DNA of 64,000 nucleotides from an uncultured Gammaproteobacteria bacterium (GTDB lineage Bacteria; Pseudomonadota; Gammaproteobacteria; GCA-002705445; GCA-002716945): NCBI GenBank assembly GCA_902521725.1, contig CABYTF010000004.1, positions 19,049 to 83,048 of the forward strand, read 5' to 3'. Shown piece by piece: positions 60,726 to 64,000 of this stretch (position 1 is its first letter; each line of letters starts with the position of its first letter). The notes under the pieces were generated by a model. It saw only the letters and a program-made list of their open reading frames with translations, ran no database searches and was not told where the DNA came from. The position numbers and the translations under genes were made by a program.

Positions 60726-61814
60726 ATGACAATTTCTAAGGCGAAAGTAGCGGTAGGCATGTCAGGTGGAGTAGATTCATCTGTAGCAGCATATCTCCTG
60801 ACAGAGTCTGGTTATGAGGTTAATGGGATATTTATGAAAAACTGGGAAGAGGATGATAGTGATGAATGTTCCTCCAAAGAGGATTATGAAGATGCCCGAA
60901 GAGTATGCAAGCATTTGGGTATAGAACTTAATCTTGTAAATTTTTCAGATAAATATTGGACGAGCGTTTTTGAGACTTTCATCAATGAGCTAAAAAAAGG
61001 GTTTACACCAAATCCAGATGTTTTTTGCAATAAAGAGATTAAGTTCAAACAATATTATGATTATGCTATGTCTCTAGATTTTGATTTGATAGCTACAGGA
61101 CATTATGCGCGCAAAGAGAATATTTCAGATCCTGAGTTGCACATACCAAAAGACATTATCAAAGACCAAACATATTTTTTATATATGATGAAACAAGATG
61201 TGTTAAGAAACACTCTATTCCCATTAGAACAATTAAACAAAGATGATGTTAAAATAATTGCTAAAGATCTCAAGCTTAATTTGAATCATAAAAAAGAGAG
61301 TATGGGAATTTGTTTTATTGGTAAAAGAAAATTCTCATCATTTATTGACAAATATATTGAACCAAAAAAAGGTAATATAATCGAGTACAATACAAATAAA
61401 AATATTGGGCATCATTATGGTCTAACTAAATATACTGTTGGTCAAAGAAAAGGTATTAACATTGGTGGAATGAAAGGCTCATCAGATAGTCCATGGTATG
61501 TTATTGATAAAGATATAAAAAAGAATGAGCTTTACGTGAGTCAAGATCAGTCACCTCTTGTTTATTCAGGTCATGTTGAGCTATCTGATTTAAACTTAAT
61601 AAATAAAAAAATTGGAAAGAATAATATTAAAGTTAGGTTTCGTCATGGAGGCAAGCTTAGAGATTGTGATTTTAATATAATAGATAATAAATATATACTT
61701 ACATTAAAAGAAAGTGAGAGAGGTATTGCGCCTGGACAAGCAGCCGTTTTGTATCAAGATACTCATTGTCTTGGTGGTGGAGTTGTTAAATCAAAATGTT
61801 TAAACAAGAATTAA
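60726..61814 (+). CDS. mnmA: tRNA-specific 2-thiouridylase
   Basis: VAVGMSGGVDSSV PP-loop and CNKEIKF motifs. Confidence 0.93.
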   Translation: MTISKAKVAVGMSGGVDSSVAAYLLTESGYEVNGIFMKNWEEDDSDECSSKEDYEDARRVCKHLGIELNLVNFSDKYWTSVFETFINELKKGFTPNPDVFCNKEIKFKQYYDYAMSLDFDLIATGHYARKENISDPELHIPKDIIKDQTYFLYMMKQDVLRNTLFPLEQLNKDDVKIIAKDLKLNLNHKKESMGICFIGKRKFSSFIDKYIEPKKGNIIEYNTNKNIGHHYGLTKYTVGQRKGINIGGMKGSSDSPWYVIDKDIKKNELYVSQDQSPLVYSGHVELSDLNLINKKIGKNNIKVRFRHGGKLRDCDFNIIDNKYILTLKESERGIAPGQAAVLYQDTHCLGGGVVKSKCLNKN

Positions 61815-62404
61815 AAAACGAAACTATATCTCTGGGAGCTATATATCAGGCATGTAGTGAAATCAAGAAAATTGCATGGCAAGGTGAAATTAACAATAAT
61901 ATCATCGAACCGTTAATTAATAGTGTATATCAAACAACATCAGAGGAAATAGAAGATATTTTTATCAACATAAAAAGACTTAACTCTGGACTAGATTTTC
62001 TAAGGAGACAGCTTGTAGGTGATGCCTTCTCAAGAGATGGAGAAGTCTCAAGGTATTTTGAAGCAATAGGGATATTAGTTAAAAATATGAACAAAAAAGA
62101 TGAAGTACTTGATAAATTAAGAACAGAACTAACTAAGCAATCTCTGTCTATTAGTGAGGATAATCTGGATCAACATGCATTATTTTTATCTGAGTTATAT
62201 TTGAGTACTATTAGTACAGTGGAACCGCGGATTATAGTTAACGGCGACAACAAGTATCTCACAGATAAAAAAAATGCAGCTATGATAAGGTCTTTACTGC
62301 TTTGTGCAATAAGGTCTTATATATTATGGCAACAATCTGGAGGTTCTAAATTTAGAATCTTTATATTTAAAAAGAAAATTGCAGAGTTGGCTGTTAAGCT
62401 TTAG
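61796..62404 (+). CDS. hflD: High-frequency-lysogenization protein HflD homologue
   Basis: ~200 aa, immediately downstream of and overlapping mnmA as in other gammaproteobacteria. Confidence 0.65.
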   Translation: MFKQELKNETISLGAIYQACSEIKKIAWQGEINNNIIEPLINSVYQTTSEEIEDIFINIKRLNSGLDFLRRQLVGDAFSRDGEVSRYFEAIGILVKNMNKKDEVLDKLRTELTKQSLSISEDNLDQHALFLSELYLSTISTVEPRIIVNGDNKYLTDKKNAAMIRSLLLCAIRSYILWQQSGGSKFRIFIFKKKIAELAVKL

Positions 62405-62405
62405 T

Positions 62406-64000
62406 TTAATTAGCTAATTTTTTCAAGACATAGTTAAGTATTCCATCATTAACGAAATATTCCCATTCCTTAGCTGTGTCAATTCTAACTTTAACCTCGA
62501 ATTTTTTGCTTGAATTGTCCTCAATGATAAAAGCTGTTTTTGCTGTTTTATGTATAGACTCAATAGTAAAAGATGATTCCATAGATAAGCCAAGAGAATC
62601 AAAAGTATCGCCATTATTAAACTGAAGCGGCATTATTCCCATACCGACTAAATTTGATCGATGGATCCTTTCAAAGCTTTCAGCAATTACAGCCTTGACA
62701 CCTAACAATTTTGTGCCTTTAGCAGCCCAATCACGTGATGAGCCACAACCGTAGTCTTTACCAGCAAATATAATAAGATTAGTATTAGTTTTCTTGTATT
62801 CCTGTGCAGCATCGTAAATAGACATTTCACTACCATTTGGCAGATATTTAGTGTACCCACCAGTTTTTTCTGGGACTAATTTATTTGATAATCGAACATT
62901 TGCAAAAGTTCCTCTTTGCATTATCTTAAAATTCCCTCTTCTAGAACCATATGAATTAAAGTCCTTTACGTTAACTGATTTTTCAATCAAGTGTTTACCT
63001 GCTGGTGTAGTATCTTTAAAAGAGCCAGCCGGAGATATGTGATCTGTTGTAACGCTATCACCTAGTATAACTAAAGGATATGCAGATTCTATAGTAGGTA
63101 ATAATTCATGGTTGTCTTTACCCTCGCCAAAAAAAGGAGATGGCTGTATGTATGTCGATTGTTCATCCCAGTCAAATTGATCGGAATTCGAAGTTGGAAT
63201 TGATGACCAGTTGTCATCACCATCAAATAGGTTCTCATAAGATTGATTGAACATATCCCCATCAATAGTTTTTGCCATGACATCGTTTATCTCGCTATTT
63301 GAAGGCCATATGTCCTTGAGATACACATCTACACCTTTTGCGTCTTGTCCAAGTATTGTTTGATTGATATCAACATTGATTTTTCCAACAAGGGCATATG
63401 CAACAACAAGCATTGGACTAGCTAAGAAATTCATTTTAATCTCAGGATGTATTCTTCCCTCAAAGTTTCTGTTACCTGATAAAATAGAACTAACAACAAG
63501 ATCTCTGTCATTAATTTCTTTTACATACTTTTCATCTAATGGTCCTGAATTACCAATACACGTAGTGCATCCGTATCCAACAATGTTGAAACCTAGTTGG
63601 TTTAAAGAATCCAAAAGGTCTGCTTTTTTTAAGTAATTTTCAACTACTCTTGATCCTGGAGCTAGAGATGTTTTAACCCAATCTTTTGTAGATAAACCCT
63701 TTTCAATTGCATTTTTAGCTAAAAGTCCGGCGCCTATTATGACGCTTGGATTTGATGTATTGGTACAGCTTGTTATTGCAGCAATCAATATGTCACCATC
63801 ATTTATGACTCCATTTGTTTTTTCTGTTTTTTTGAGATTGCTAATCTCTTTCTCAGAGATTTTCTTTACATCAGATAACAGCACCCTATCTTGGGGTCTT
63901 TTAGGTCCAGATAGACAAGCTTGTACTTTACTCATATCTAGGGACAGTGTGTCTGTATATTTTATATTTTGACTGTCATCTCTAAAAAATCCACACTCTT
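62406..64000 (-). CDS. acnA: Aconitate hydratase A (C-terminal part; N-terminal portion lies beyond window end)
   Basis: GCGSSRDWAAKGTKLLGV and SRGNFKIMQRGTF swivel-domain motifs. The frame stays open past the tracked ATG to base 64000, including SLDMSKVQACLSGPKRPQDRV, which is conserved in AcnA. Confidence 0.9.
   Translation of the reverse strand, partial: ECGFFRDDSQNIKYTDTLSLDMSKVQACLSGPKRPQDRVLLSDVKKISEKEISNLKKTEKTNGVINDGDILIAAITSCTNTSNPSVIIGAGLLAKNAIEKGLSTKDWVKTSLAPGSRVVENYLKKADLLDSLNQLGFNIVGYGCTTCIGNSGPLDEKYVKEINDRDLVVSSILSGNRNFEGRIHPEIKMNFLASPMLVVAYALVGKINVDINQTILGQDAKGVDVYLKDIWPSNSEINDVMAKTIDGDMFNQSYENLFDGDDNWSSIPTSNSDQFDWDEQSTYIQPSPFFGEGKDNHELLPTIESAYPLVILGDSVTTDHISPAGSFKDTTPAGKHLIEKSVNVKDFNSYGSRRGNFKIMQRGTFANVRLSNKLVPEKTGGYTKYLPNGSEMSIYDAAQEYKKTNTNLIIFAGKDYGCGSSRDWAAKGTKLLGVKAVIAESFERIHRSNLVGMGIMPLQFNNGDTFDSLGLSMESSFTIESIHKTAKTAFIIEDNSSKKFEVKVRIDTAKEWEYFVNDGILNYVLKKLAN

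Noticed and set aside
63364..63972. Plus-strand ORFs 63364..63636 and 63739..63972
   Set aside because: Antisense to the conserved aconitase CDS that runs to the window edge.
1..64000. CRISPR arrays, IS elements, integrases, toxin-antitoxin pairs
   Set aside because: Scanned intergenic regions and short ORFs. Found no regularly spaced direct repeats, no transposase/integrase-like translations, and no obvious small adjacent gene pairs of TA type.

Overview
AT-rich (low-GC) chromosomal segment with gammaproteobacterial-type gene order, almost fully coding and dominated by housekeeping genes.

Core genes, in order:
- hrcA (5' truncated by the window edge), grpE, dnaK, dnaJ, dapB
- fabD-fabG-acpP-fabF-pabC-tmk-holB, then metX
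- fhs and gmhA
- the pgsA-glyW-cysT-leuZ tRNA operon next to uvrC
- fabH-plsX-rpmF, maf, and thiL-nusB-ribH-ribBA-ribE-ribD-nrdR-glyA
- msrPQ, purL, ssrA (tmRNA), pntAB
- mtnP, iscU with an Rrf2 regulator, infA, icd-aceA, mnmA-hflD, and the start of acnA (3' part lies beyond the window)

Less ordinary content:
- A photolyase-related / DUF393 / DUF2256 light-damage cluster. The DUF2256 gene is a 47-aa ORF missing from the supplied track.
- A TupABC-like ABC transporter.
- A WbaP-like sugar-phosphate transferase inserted inside the otherwise conserved glyW-cysT / leuZ tRNA operon.
- A Tat-signal SoxB-like metallophosphatase with no other sox genes nearby.
- Downstream of pntAB, a module of a NodU/CmcH-type carbamoyltransferase, SxtJ-like and SxtK-like small membrane proteins (the latter a 49-aa ORF absent from the track) and two membrane-anchored SGNH hydrolases. 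This is the most system-like uncharacterised unit here.
- A stand-alone sigma-70 region 1.1 domain protein.
- A cysteine-free IscR homologue directly fused to iscU with no iscS.
- A ferritin-like gene followed by two translationally coupled micro-ORFs.

No transposase, integrase or CRISPR array was seen. All calls rest on reading the translated ORFs and sequence motifs by eye; no database search could be run.
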